Shown: one piece after another, positions 41,706 to 51,449 of the stretch | Position numbering within the stretch: position 1 is the stretch's first letter | How the letters are laid out: each line of letters begins with the position of its first letter | NCBI GenBank assembly: GCA_008933025.1 | Contig: WBXI01000003.1 | Location: 1-61,161, forward strand | DNA length: 61,161 nt | Direction of reading: 5' to 3' | Source: Verrucomicrobiota bacterium | GTDB lineage: Bacteria > Verrucomicrobiota > Verrucomicrobiia > Limisphaerales > UBA9464 | Made by a program: the position numbers and the translations under genes | The notes under the pieces: model-generated | Database searches by the model: none | Seen by the model: the letters and a program-made list of their open reading frames with translations, nothing else | What the model was told of the DNA's origin: nothing

Positions 41706-42779
41706 ATGCAACGCATCAACGACCTCCGGGTCGTCTCGAACCGGCGACTCCCGTCGCCGCACGATCTCAAGGGAGCCCTTCCGGGCAGCCCCGTCGCGGC
41801 CGCCACCGTCGTCGACGCCCGCCGGACGGTCCAACGCATCCTGCGCCAGGAGGACCCGCGGCTCCTCGTCGTCGTCGGCCCCTGCTCCATCCATGATCCC
41901 ATCGCCGCGATGGAGTATGCCCGGCGCCTCTCCCGACTGGCCACCGACCTCGCCGACCAATTCTTCGTGGTCATGCGGGTCTACTTCGAGAAGCCCCGCA
42001 CCACCATCGGCTGGAAGGGGCTCGTCAACGACCCGCATCTGGACGGCAGCTACGACGTCGAGACCGGCCTCCGCACGGCGCGCCGACTTCTCCTCGCGAT
42101 CAACGACCTCGGCCTGCCGGCCGCCACCGAGTTCCTCGATCCCGTCGTCCCGCAGTACATCGCCGACCTCGTTTCCTGGGCCGCGATCGGCGCCCGGACC
42201 ACGGAAAGCCAGACCCACCGCGAGATGGCCAGCGGGCTCTCCATGCCGGTCGGGTTCAAGAACGGCACCGACGGGTCGCTCCAGATCGCGGTCGACGCGA
42301 TGCTGTCGGCGCGGCACCCGCACCATTTCCTCGGCATCGACGAGCTCGGCGCGGTCTCGGTCGTGCAGACCACCGGCAACGACGATGGCCATACCGTGCT
42401 GCGCGGTGGACGCAGCCGGACCAACTACGACGCCGCCTCGATCGCCGAAGCCGCCGCCCAATTGAAAAAGCACGGCCTTCCGCCGGTGCTCATGGTGGAT
42501 TGCAGCCACGCCAACTCGGGCAAACTCCATGCAAGGCAGGAGGAAGTCTGGCTCGACCTCGTGGCCCAGAAGGCGGAGGGCTGCGAACCCCTCATCGGGG
42601 CGATGATCGAAGGCCATCTCCACGAGGGAAACCAGCCCCTCAAGGATCCGAAATCGCTCGCCTACGGCGTCAGCATCACCGACGCGTGCCTCGGTTGGGA
42701 CGCCACCGAACGCATCCTGCGGCATGGGGCGGAAATCCTGCGCAAGCACGGGAAACCTGGCCTCGCGGTGACCGCCTGA
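41706..42779 (+). CDS. aroG: 3-deoxy-7-phosphoheptulonate (DAHP) synthase, class I alpha
   Basis: [56 protein letters not shown]. Isozyme specificity cannot be determined. Confidence 0.95.
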   Translation: MQRINDLRVVSNRRLPSPHDLKGALPGSPVAAATVVDARRTVQRILRQEDPRLLVVVGPCSIHDPIAAMEYARRLSRLATDLADQFFVVMRVYFEKPRTTIGWKGLVNDPHLDGSYDVETGLRTARRLLLAINDLGLPAATEFLDPVVPQYIADLVSWAAIGARTTESQTHREMASGLSMPVGFKNGTDGSLQIAVDAMLSARHPHHFLGIDELGAVSVVQTTGNDDGHTVLRGGRSRTNYDAASIAEAAAQLKKHGLPPVLMVDCSHANSGKLHARQEEVWLDLVAQKAEGCEPLIGAMIEGHLHEGNQPLKDPKSLAYGVSITDACLGWDATERILRHGAEILRKHGKPGLAVTA

Positions 42780-42793
42780 ACGGGGGCGTCGCC

Positions 42794-42973
42794 ATGGACC
42801 CCGCCGCCATCGACTGGCACCGGACCGCGATCCTGGCGGCGGGGATCGTGGTGGGGTTGCTGGTCCTGCTGGTGGCGTGGAAACTCACCAAGCTGCTCTT
42901 CAAGCTCGCCGCGTTGCTGCTCTTGCTGGCACTGGTGGCGGGAGGGGTGGCGTGGTGGCGGTCGAGCCACTGA
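42794..42973 (+). CDS. Small two-TM membrane protein
   Basis: 59 aa; ILAAGIVVGLLVLLVAWKLTKLLFKLAALLLLLALVAGG; fits the gap between aroG and glgB. Confidence 0.6.
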   Translation: MDPAAIDWHRTAILAAGIVVGLLVLLVAWKLTKLLFKLAALLLLLALVAGGVAWWRSSH

Positions 42974-42982
42974 CCCGTCGCT

Positions 42983-45232
42983 TCACCCCTCCGACCGGAA
43001 CACGAGGATGCTCAGGGGCGGCAGTCGGCACACCGCCGAATGCGACTGGTTGTGGATGCCGTAGGCTTCCGCGTCCACGCCGCCCTCGTTGCCGGTGTTG
43101 GTGCCCCCGTAGGACGCGGCATCGCTGTTCAACACCTCGCGCCAGTGGCCCGCGACCGGCAGGCCGATGCGATAATCCAGTCGCGGGGCCGGCGTCAGGT
43201 TCATCACCACCACGATGTGCGTGCCGGGGGCTTCCTCGGCCGCCGCCATTCCCTCGCGCCGGGCTGCCTCGATCTCGTCGGGACGCACGCGCCGCACGAA
43301 GGAGAGCACGCTGTTCTGGTGGTCGGAGCAATCGAGCCACTGGAAGGACTCGGGCTCGAAATCGCCGCGCCACAGCGCCACTTCCCGCACGTAGAGCGCG
43401 TTCAGGTCCGCGACCCATTGCTGGACGCCGCGGTGATAGGGACCCTCGTTCAACAGCCACCAGTCGAGCTCGCCGTTCGCGTCCCATTCCTTCGACTGCC
43501 CGATCTCGCCTCCCATGAAGAGCAGTTTCTTTCCCGGGAACATCCACTGGTAGCCCAACAAGACCCGCAGGTTCGCGAACCCCTGCCAGTCGTCGCCCGC
43601 CATGCGGCGTCGCAGCGATCCCTTCCCGTGCACCACCTCGTCGTGCGACAGGGGCAGGACGAAGTTTTCCTGGAAGTGGTACAGCATCGCGAACGTCAGG
43701 TCGTTCTGGTGGTACTTGCGGTAGACCGGGTCGCGCGCGAAGTAACCGAGCGTGTCGTGCATCCAGCCCATGTTCCATTTCAGGCTGAACCCGAGGCCGC
43801 CGAGCCACGGGGGACGCGAGACCATCGGCCACGCGGTGCTTTCCTCGGCGATGGTCACCACGCCCGGGTGTTCGGTGTGGACGAGGTGGTTGACGTGGCG
43901 CAGGAAATCGACGGCCTCGAGGTTCTCGCGACCGCCGAATTTGTTCGGCACCCATTCCCCGGCCTTGCGCGAGTAATCGAGGTACAGCATCGACGCCACC
44001 GCATCCACGCGCAGTCCGTCGATGTGGAAGCGTTCGCACCAATAAAGGGCGTTGGCCGCGAGGAAATTCCGGACCTCGTGCCGGCCGAAATTGAAGATCA
44101 GCGTGCCCCAGTCCTGGTGTGCCCCCTGCCGCGGGTCCTCGTGCTCGTACAACGCCGTCCCGTCGAACTTCGCCAGCGCCCACTCGTCCCTCGGGAAATG
44201 CGCCGGCACCCAGTCCACGATCACGCCGATCCCCGCCTCGTGCAGCGCATTCACCAGGAACTGGAAATCGTCCGGCGTCCCGTACCGACTGGTCGGCGCG
44301 AAAAACCCGGTCACTTGGTACCCCCAGCTCGGGTAGTACGCATGCTCCGCCACCGGCAGGAATTCCACGTGGGTGAATCCCATCCGCCGCAGGTAGTCCA
44401 CCAACGGCCCGGCCAACTCGCGGTACCCCGGCGACTCGGTTTCCGATTTCTTGCGCCACGAGCCCAGGTGCACCTCGTAGATGCTCATCGGCCGGCGCAA
44501 CGCGTTCGCCGTCCGGCGTCGCTCCATCCACGCCGCGTCCGTCCACGCGAACTTCGTCGTGTCCCAGACCACCGCCGCCTGCTTTGGCGCCACCTCGAAG
44601 TGAAATCCAAACGGGTCGGTTTTCAGCCCCATCGCGCCGGTACCGTCGACCACCTCGAACTTGTACAGGGCCCCGGTCCCGACGCCGGGCACGAAGATCT
44701 CCCAGACGCCGGAGGCGCCGAGTTGCCGCATGGGATGGCGCCGTCCGTCCCAGGCGTTGAAGTCGCCCACCACCGAGACCCGGCGCGCGTTCGGCGCCCA
44801 CACCGCGAACGTCGCCCCCGGCACTCCGTCGAGCGTCTGGAGATGGGCCCCGAGCACGTCGTGCAAGCGACGGTGATTGCCCTCGTTGAACAGGTGCAGG
44901 TCGGTTTCCCCCACCGTCGGCCAAAACGAAAACGCATCCCGTCCCTGGGTCACCGATCCATCCGCCCATCGCACCACGAGGTCGTAGGCGTAGACCCGCG
45001 TCGCCGCCCGCGTGACTCCCTCGAACACGTCCGTGTCGCCCAACCGTTCCAACGGGAACGCCGGCAATGCCCGGTCGTGGACGGGCACCAACTCCACCGC
45101 CGTCGCGCCGGGCAAGTGCGCGCGCGCCACCAACCCGCTTCCGTCGCCCAACGGATGGAAGCCCAGCAGCGAGTGGGGTGAGCGGTGTTCGAGTCGCACC
45201 AGCGACTCGAGTTCGGCCGGACTCAGAAGCAT
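42983..45232 (-). CDS. glgB: 1,4-alpha-glucan branching enzyme
   Basis: FAVWAPNA, IYEVHLGSW, SWGYQ, DWVPAHFP, DGLRVDAVASM, AEEST, KWNMGWM, LSHDEVVHGK. Confidence 0.98.
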   Translation of the reverse strand: MLLSPAELESLVRLEHRSPHSLLGFHPLGDGSGLVARAHLPGATAVELVPVHDRALPAFPLERLGDTDVFEGVTRAATRVYAYDLVVRWADGSVTQGRDAFSFWPTVGETDLHLFNEGNHRRLHDVLGAHLQTLDGVPGATFAVWAPNARRVSVVGDFNAWDGRRHPMRQLGASGVWEIFVPGVGTGALYKFEVVDGTGAMGLKTDPFGFHFEVAPKQAAVVWDTTKFAWTDAAWMERRRTANALRRPMSIYEVHLGSWRKKSETESPGYRELAGPLVDYLRRMGFTHVEFLPVAEHAYYPSWGYQVTGFFAPTSRYGTPDDFQFLVNALHEAGIGVIVDWVPAHFPRDEWALAKFDGTALYEHEDPRQGAHQDWGTLIFNFGRHEVRNFLAANALYWCERFHIDGLRVDAVASMLYLDYSRKAGEWVPNKFGGRENLEAVDFLRHVNHLVHTEHPGVVTIAEESTAWPMVSRPPWLGGLGFSLKWNMGWMHDTLGYFARDPVYRKYHQNDLTFAMLYHFQENFVLPLSHDEVVHGKGSLRRRMAGDDWQGFANLRVLLGYQWMFPGKKLLFMGGEIGQSKEWDANGELDWWLLNEGPYHRGVQQWVADLNALYVREVALWRGDFEPESFQWLDCSDHQNSVLSFVRRVRPDEIEAARREGMAAAEEAPGTHIVVVMNLTPAPRLDYRIGLPVAGHWREVLNSDAASYGGTNTGNEGGVDAEAYGIHNQSHSAVCRLPPLSILVFRSEG

Positions 45233-45513
45233 GGAGGCACGCTAGCGCGGAAGCCCCGTCGCCGCCCACCCGCAAATTCAAGTCCCGCCACCGCGGCCAT
45301 CGCGCCGCCGTCGTGATCGGCCCCTCCGGGCACGACAGACGGCGGAGACAACGCCGTTCGGGCCCCACCCCGGCCGCGTCCCGGCCAAGGTCCCGGCCAA
45401 GGCCCGACGGGTGCCACTGGCGTCGGAAACCCGTTCGAGACGCACCCCGCCGCCGGGCGCCGCGCTCCTTCCCTGTTGCCAGATTCCCCGCGCTCCTGCT
45501 AGCACCCGCCCCC

Positions 45514-46716
45514 ATGCGCTTCGTCTTTCTCACGCTCGGCTACCATCCGGATCTCGACGGCGGCGGCTATCGCTACGCCACCGAGGTCGCGGAACGTCTT
45601 GCCGCGCGTGGACACGAGGTCCATGCGGTCTACCCCAACCCGCGGAACCGGTTCCCCGCGGTCGAAAGCCGGCACGGCGTCCACCTCCATCGGGTTCCGG
45701 ACGGGACCGGGTCGTTCTTCGCCAACTGGCGGTCGGAAAACACCGCCGCGCGCGCCGTCCTCGCCACCCTCCTCGCCCCCGGCCAACCCCGGACCCTCGT
45801 CGCAACCCACCAGGCCTACTTCGAACCCGCGGCCCGCGGTTGGCCGACCGTCTTCATGTACCAAGGCGCGTGGGGCCTCGAATATCGATTCAGCCAGCAA
45901 GCCAAGCCCCGGGGACTCCCGCGCCGCCTTCTCGACCCGTGGATCGCGCGCATGCTCCACCGCACCGAGGCCCGCGCCCTGCGTGCCGCCCCCGCGATCT
46001 TCGTGGCCAGCGAGTACACCCGACGGCGTCTCCCCCTGTGGCATCCCGGCGTCCGATCCCCCGTCTCGGTCGTTTCCGGCGGCGCCAATTTCGCCCAGTT
46101 CCACCCCGCCGCCGACCGCGACGCACTCCGTCGGCAATGGAACCTCGCGCCCGGGGACTTCCTTTTTCTGACCGTGCGGCGACTCGATCCGCGCATGGGC
46201 CTTTCCGGACTTCTGGCGGGGTTCGCGCGCGTCGCCAAGGCCCATCCCCATGCGCGCCTCTGGCTCGCCGGGCGGGGCCCGCAGCAAGAGGCGTTGGAAT
46301 CCGAGATCTCCCGTCTCGGGATCGGCCAAGCCGCACGCCTCCTCGGCTTCGTTCCCGAGGCCGACCTCCCCGGCCTGTACGGGGCCGCCGACTGCACCCT
46401 CATGCCTTCCCTGGACCTCGAGGGATTCGGCCTGGCCACCGTCGAATCCCTGGCCTGCGGGACGCCGGTGCTCGCGTCCGATGCCGGCGCCAACCCGGAA
46501 TTGGTCGGTCCCTTGTCGCCGGCGTTGGTCTACCCGACCGGACAATCCGACGAACCCGAGCGGCGCCTTGCGGCGATTCTTTCGGGCAAACTCGCGCTGC
46601 CGGACCGGACCGAAGCCGCCCGCTACGCGGCCGATAACTTCCGTTGGGATCGACCCGTCGATGCGTTCGAGGGTGCCTGGGACCTGCATGCCGTGAATCC
46701 GGCCCGCCCCGAATGA
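45514..46716 (+). CDS. Glycosyltransferase family 4
   Basis: ARGHEVH, TVRRLDPRMG, PSLDLEGFGLATVESLACGTPV. Confidence 0.9.
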   Translation: MRFVFLTLGYHPDLDGGGYRYATEVAERLAARGHEVHAVYPNPRNRFPAVESRHGVHLHRVPDGTGSFFANWRSENTAARAVLATLLAPGQPRTLVATHQAYFEPAARGWPTVFMYQGAWGLEYRFSQQAKPRGLPRRLLDPWIARMLHRTEARALRAAPAIFVASEYTRRRLPLWHPGVRSPVSVVSGGANFAQFHPAADRDALRRQWNLAPGDFLFLTVRRLDPRMGLSGLLAGFARVAKAHPHARLWLAGRGPQQEALESEISRLGIGQAARLLGFVPEADLPGLYGAADCTLMPSLDLEGFGLATVESLACGTPVLASDAGANPELVGPLSPALVYPTGQSDEPERRLAAILSGKLALPDRTEAARYAADNFRWDRPVDAFEGAWDLHAVNPARPE

Positions 46717-47846
46717 GAATCCTCGAACTCGGTAAATTCTACCCACCCGAGCGGGGTGGGATGGAGACCCTGCTGCAGCTTTGGACCGAGGGGTTCGCCG
46801 CGCGGGGCCACGACGTGACCTGCGTGGTTGCCAACCGCGGGGCCAAGACCGTCCGGGAAACCCACGGCCGCCTCCGGATCGAACGTCTGGCGCGGTTTGG
46901 CGAAGCCTTCTCGGTCTCCTTCTGCCCCGCCTATCCCGGTGCCACCCGCCGCCATCCGGCCGAAATCATCCACGCCCATTTCCCGAATCCCCTCGCCGAC
47001 CTCGCCATTCTCCGCGCGCCGCGGGAAACCCCGGTCGTGGTCCATTGGCACAGCGACATCGTGCGGCAGAAGGCCCTGATGCGGCTCTACCAACCGCTCC
47101 AATCGGCCATGCTCCGGCGCGCGACGCGCATCGTGGTCGCGACACCGATGCACCTCGAGTACTCGGCGTGGCTTGCCCCGCATGCCTCCAAGGTGGTGGT
47201 CATTCCTTTCGGACTGGATCTGGCCCGTTTTGCCGCGACCCCCGCGCTGGAAGCCCGTGCCGCGACCCTGCGCGCCCAGTCCCGCGGCAAGACGGTTTTT
47301 TTGAACGTGGGCCGACTCGTCGGTTACAAGGGTCAGCGCCACGCGATCGAGGCGTTGCCTCGGGTTCCGGAAGCCGAACTCTGGATCGCCGGGACCGGGC
47401 CCCTCGAGGACGAACTCCGTCGACTCGCCGCCGACCTCGGCGTCGGCGATCGGGTGCGTTTTCTCGGCAACGTGCCCGATTCGGATCTCCCGGCCCTGCT
47501 CCACGCCTGCGACGTCTTCCTCTTTCCATCCATCACCCCCAACGAGGCGTTCGGCCTGGTTTTCGTCGAGGCCATGGCCTGCTCCAAGCCACTGATTGCT
47601 TGTCGGTTGAAGTCGGGCGTGCCATACGTTTGCCGATCGGATGTGAACGGCCTGCTGGTTTCACCGGGTAGCTCCGACGAACTCGAGGTTGCGATGCGCA
47701 CGCTAATTGCTTCACCGGATCTCCGTTCGAGTCTTGGACAGGCAGGCTTGAAGCGCTCCCGGGAGGAATTCTCCCTGGAACGAATGCTCGATCGGCATCT
47801 CGAGCTCTTCGGGTCGCTGGCAAATCCCGTGGCGAACGTCGGATGA
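46713..47846 (+). CDS. Glycosyltransferase family 4
   Basis: MRILELGKFYPPERGGME, HWHSDIVRQK, VGRLVGYKG, EAFGLVFVEAMA. Confidence 0.92.
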   Translation: MRILELGKFYPPERGGMETLLQLWTEGFAARGHDVTCVVANRGAKTVRETHGRLRIERLARFGEAFSVSFCPAYPGATRRHPAEIIHAHFPNPLADLAILRAPRETPVVVHWHSDIVRQKALMRLYQPLQSAMLRRATRIVVATPMHLEYSAWLAPHASKVVVIPFGLDLARFAATPALEARAATLRAQSRGKTVFLNVGRLVGYKGQRHAIEALPRVPEAELWIAGTGPLEDELRRLAADLGVGDRVRFLGNVPDSDLPALLHACDVFLFPSITPNEAFGLVFVEAMACSKPLIACRLKSGVPYVCRSDVNGLLVSPGSSDELEVAMRTLIASPDLRSSLGQAGLKRSREEFSLERMLDRHLELFGSLANPVANVG

Positions 47847-48940
47847 CGCAATACAAAACCTATCTGGCGATGCTTCTGGCGTCCTCCGCCGGCGCTTGGC
47901 TGTTCACGCCGTGGGCGATTCGTCTGGCCAAACGGTGGGGTGCGGTCGACGTGCCGAACGCCCGGAAGATCCACCTCGAACCCATGCCGCGCATGGGCGG
48001 TGTCGCCGTCTTCCTCGGTTTCTGCCTGCCTTGGGCCGGCCTCTATCTCCTGCACAATCCGGTGGCCGCCGCGTTTCAGGAATTCGAGAAACGCTTCGCC
48101 GCCTTGATACTCGGCGCCACATCGATGCTCGTCCTCGGCATCTACGACGACATCAAGGGCGCCGATGCCACCAAGAAATTCCTGTTCCAGACCCTCACGG
48201 CCATCGGTCTCTGGGCCGCCGACATCCGCATCGAACAGGTCGCCACCCCCTGGGGTGCTCCCATCGAACTCGGCTGGTTCAGCCTTCCCATCTCCGTCTT
48301 CTGGATCGTCGGCGTCACCAATGCCATCAACCTCCTCGACGGCATCGATGGCCTGGTCGCCGGTGTCACCACGGTGATGGCGCTGTGCCTGGCCATCCTG
48401 AATGTCCTCTCGGGAAACATCCTCATCGCGCTCCTGACGCTCTGTCTGGCCGGTGCCTGCCTCGGTTTCCTCCCGTACAACCATTCGCCGGCCCGCATCT
48501 TTCTGGGCGATTCCGGCTCGCTCACCATCGGCATGGTCCTCGCCTGCATCGGCATCCTGTCCCTCTTCAAGGAAGGCCACCAGACCGCCAGCCCGTTGCT
48601 TTCCGTCCCCCTCATCCTGTTCGGTCTCCCGCTCTTCGACACCCTCCGGGTCATGGTCCATCGCCTCTCGCGCGGCCAGTCGATGTTCAAGGCGGACCGC
48701 AACCACGTGCACCATCGGTTGCTCGACATGGGACTCAACCAGCGCCAGGTCGCGTGGGCCCTCTATGGCGTCGCCGCGGGTCTCGGTTCGACCGCGATCC
48801 TCCTGTCGCGCCTCGAGCATGGCCGCCAACTGATCTTCAGCGTCGTCTTCGCCGGCCTCGCCGCCGGATCCTACGTCGTCTGGAGATTCCTCCTCCGCGG
48901 CCGATCGCAGGAAGCCGGGGGCGGCAGCCTCAAGGATTGA
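47843..48940 (+). CDS. wecA: Undecaprenyl-phosphate GlcNAc-1-phosphate transferase (WecA/MraY family)
   Basis: RKIH..PMPRMGG, GIYDD, NAINLLDGIDGL, IFLGDSG, DRNHVHHRL. Confidence 0.9.
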   Translation: MTQYKTYLAMLLASSAGAWLFTPWAIRLAKRWGAVDVPNARKIHLEPMPRMGGVAVFLGFCLPWAGLYLLHNPVAAAFQEFEKRFAALILGATSMLVLGIYDDIKGADATKKFLFQTLTAIGLWAADIRIEQVATPWGAPIELGWFSLPISVFWIVGVTNAINLLDGIDGLVAGVTTVMALCLAILNVLSGNILIALLTLCLAGACLGFLPYNHSPARIFLGDSGSLTIGMVLACIGILSLFKEGHQTASPLLSVPLILFGLPLFDTLRVMVHRLSRGQSMFKADRNHVHHRLLDMGLNQRQVAWALYGVAAGLGSTAILLSRLEHGRQLIFSVVFAGLAAGSYVVWRFLLRGRSQEAGGGSLKD

Positions 48941-48948
48941 TCCAGGCC

Positions 48949-50151
48949 ATGCTCGAGTACGAAGTCGCGCTGGATCGCCTTCTGGCGTCCCTCGCGCCGG
49001 CATCCCCGGTCTCGCTGCCCATCCACGCCCTGGCGAACGGTCCCGCCCCCCGCTTCCTCGCCGCCGATCTCACAAGTCCCGTTCCCCTTCCCCTCGCCGA
49101 CAATTCCGCGATGGACGGCTACGCGGTGCGCGCCGCCGACACCCGTTCTCCCCACGCCACGCTCCAACTTGTCGGCAGCATCGCGGCGGGGAGCGTTCCT
49201 TCTTGTTTCGTTGGACCGGGCCAAGCCGCGCGCATCTTCACCGGCGCTCCCCTCCCCCCCGGGGCCGATGCCGTCGTCATGCAGGAAGACACGGAAACCG
49301 ACCCCGCCAGACCCGGAACCGTGCGGATCCTCGACCCGGCAAAACCGTGGGAAAACGTGCGGTTCGCCGGCGAGGACGTGCGTCTGGGGGCGATCGTCGG
49401 GCGTGTGGGCGACCCGCTTTCGCCGACCCGTCTCGCCTTGCTCGGGGCCACCGGTCTCCGCGAGGTGCCGGTCTTCCCCCAACCGCGCGTCGCGCTGATC
49501 GCCACCGGTTCCGAATTGGCCGCCCCGGGTGCCGCCCCACGCCCCGGCAGCATCCATGAAAGCAACCTGCTACCCCTCGAACTCCTCGTCCGTTCCGCCG
49601 GCGGCCTTCCCGTCGCTTCCGCCATCGTTCCCGACGACCGAAACCTCCTTGCCGACGCCATCCGTCGCGCCGCCGACATCGCCGACATCGTCCTGACCAT
49701 CGGCGGCGCCTCGGTCGGCGAACACGATTTGGTCAAACCCTGCGCGGTCGACGCCGGATTCGAAATCGACTTCTGGAAACTCGCGCTGAAACCCGGCAAG
49801 CCGTTCTTCGTCGGTCGCCGCGGCAACGTCCATCTCCTCGGCGTTCCCGGCAATCCGGTCTCCGCCTTCGTCACCACCGTCCTGATGGTCCAACCGGCCG
49901 TCCGTCGCCTCGCGGGCGCCCGCGATCCGCGCCCGCCGACATCGCCCGCCTTCCTCGGCGCCGCCCTGTCCAATCCCGATGGCCGCCGCCACTTCGTCCG
50001 CGTGGCGGTCGACCGCGACGGCACCGCGCGTTCCGCGGGCGTGCAGGCGTCGCACGCGCTTGCCTCGCTGGCCCAGGCCGACGGACTCGTCGACGTGCCG
50101 CCGCGAACCACGCTCGCCGCCGGCCAGCGCATCGACGCGATCCGTTGGTGA
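48949..50151 (+). CDS. moeA: Molybdopterin molybdotransferase
   Basis: NSAMDGYAV, RIFTGAPLP.GADAVVMQE, ATGSEL, GGASVG..D, KPGKP, PGNPVS. Confidence 0.96.
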   Translation: MLEYEVALDRLLASLAPASPVSLPIHALANGPAPRFLAADLTSPVPLPLADNSAMDGYAVRAADTRSPHATLQLVGSIAAGSVPSCFVGPGQAARIFTGAPLPPGADAVVMQEDTETDPARPGTVRILDPAKPWENVRFAGEDVRLGAIVGRVGDPLSPTRLALLGATGLREVPVFPQPRVALIATGSELAAPGAAPRPGSIHESNLLPLELLVRSAGGLPVASAIVPDDRNLLADAIRRAADIADIVLTIGGASVGEHDLVKPCAVDAGFEIDFWKLALKPGKPFFVGRRGNVHLLGVPGNPVSAFVTTVLMVQPAVRRLAGARDPRPPTSPAFLGAALSNPDGRRHFVRVAVDRDGTARSAGVQASHALASLAQADGLVDVPPRTTLAAGQRIDAIRW

Positions 50152-50304
50152 CCGACGGCGCGCGCATCTTTTCGAAGATGCGAGACCGGCCGGCCACGGC
50201 GGTCGCCGTGGGATGGCGGACCCAGGATGTCCCGATGCCCCCGGGCTTGGCCCCTCGCGGGACCGCGGCTTCCCATGCCCGGCCCGTTCGGCCAGCATTC
50301 CCCC

Positions 50305-51237
50305 ATGCAACCGGTGGAAATCCAGACCGCGGAAGCGCGCTTCGAAGTGCATCCCGAATTGGGCGGCTGGCTGACCTCGTATTCCCGCGAGGTCGCCGGA
50401 AAGGGACGCATCGACGTCCTTCACTCCGATCCGGACGCCGTCGCCCGCCATCCGAAGGACATGTGGGCCGGCATCCCGCTGCTGTTCCCGCTGGTCAGCT
50501 TCAACCACGTTCCCGGTGCCGAACATCACTACGAGTGGCAAGGCCAACGCCACGCCCTGCCCCAGCACGGCTTCGCGCGCCGTCTCCCGTGGACCGTCCT
50601 CGGCACCTCGCCCGACGCCGTCGCCATGGAACTGGTCGACACGCCATCGACACGCGCCGCCTGGCCTTTCTCTTTTTCGCACCGTCTCGAGTACCGGTTG
50701 GATGGCGGCCGTCTGGTCGCGCGCCATGCGGTGACGAACCGCTCCCCCGGACCGATGCCGTTCGCCTGCGGCATCCATCCCTACCTGCGCGTCCCGCTCG
50801 TCGCCGGCGGCGATCGCGACGCCTGCCGGGTGAAAATTCCCCGCGCCCAGCGCCTGAATCCGATCGGGCGTTGGGATGGCTTTTTCGGGGAACCCTTCCC
50901 GGCGCGGGACCTGTCGATCGCCGGTGATTACAGCGGGACGCTGTTCCTCGGGGAACTGGCGGAGCCGGAACTGCGTCTCGTCGACCCGGCGGCCGGCGTG
51001 GAAACGGTGCTGAACTGGTCGGGTGCGCCCGGCTTCCGCAACGTCGCGTTGTGGTCGCGGACACCGCGGGAACCCTACTTTTGTCTGGAGCCGTGGACGG
51101 CCTTGCCCAACGCGTTCACGCGGGCGGAGCCGGGGGAACTGATCGTGTTGGAACCGGGCGGCACCTGGACGGCCCATTGGTGGCTCGACGCCGTCGCCTC
51201 CCACGGGCCGTCGGTTCCTCGGCCGCCGGGTCGATGA
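50305..51237 (+). CDS. Aldose 1-epimerase / galactose mutarotase-like protein
   Basis: AGIPLLFP, LPQHGFAR, WPFSF, GIHPY, FCLEPWT. Confidence 0.88.
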   Translation: MQPVEIQTAEARFEVHPELGGWLTSYSREVAGKGRIDVLHSDPDAVARHPKDMWAGIPLLFPLVSFNHVPGAEHHYEWQGQRHALPQHGFARRLPWTVLGTSPDAVAMELVDTPSTRAAWPFSFSHRLEYRLDGGRLVARHAVTNRSPGPMPFACGIHPYLRVPLVAGGDRDACRVKIPRAQRLNPIGRWDGFFGEPFPARDLSIAGDYSGTLFLGELAEPELRLVDPAAGVETVLNWSGAPGFRNVALWSRTPREPYFCLEPWTALPNAFTRAEPGELIVLEPGGTWTAHWWLDAVASHGPSVPRPPGR

Positions 51238-51335
51238 TCCGGCCCGCCACCCGTCGCTTTTCGCACCCACTGACGCACGACTCCGGAAAAAGAGATTGCC
51301 CGAAACCGGGCGCTGCCTAGTTTTCCACGCGCTGT

Positions 51336-51409
51336 TGGCCGATGGTGTAAAGGTAGCACAGGGGTCTTTGGAGCCCTTAGTCATGGTTCGAATCCATGTC
51401 GGCCAGCCA
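51336..51409 (+). tRNA. tRNA-Gln (anticodon UUG)
   Basis: Acceptor TGGCCGA/TCGGCCA, D-arm GGTGTAAAGGTAGCAC, anticodon loop CT-TTG-GA, T-arm CATGG-TTCGAAT-CCATG, encoded CCA; TTGCCC-16 nt-TAGTTT upstream. Confidence 0.97.
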
Positions 51410-51449
51410 ATCGTCAGCCACGCGCTCCCCGCTCCTTGCCGTCTGGCCC

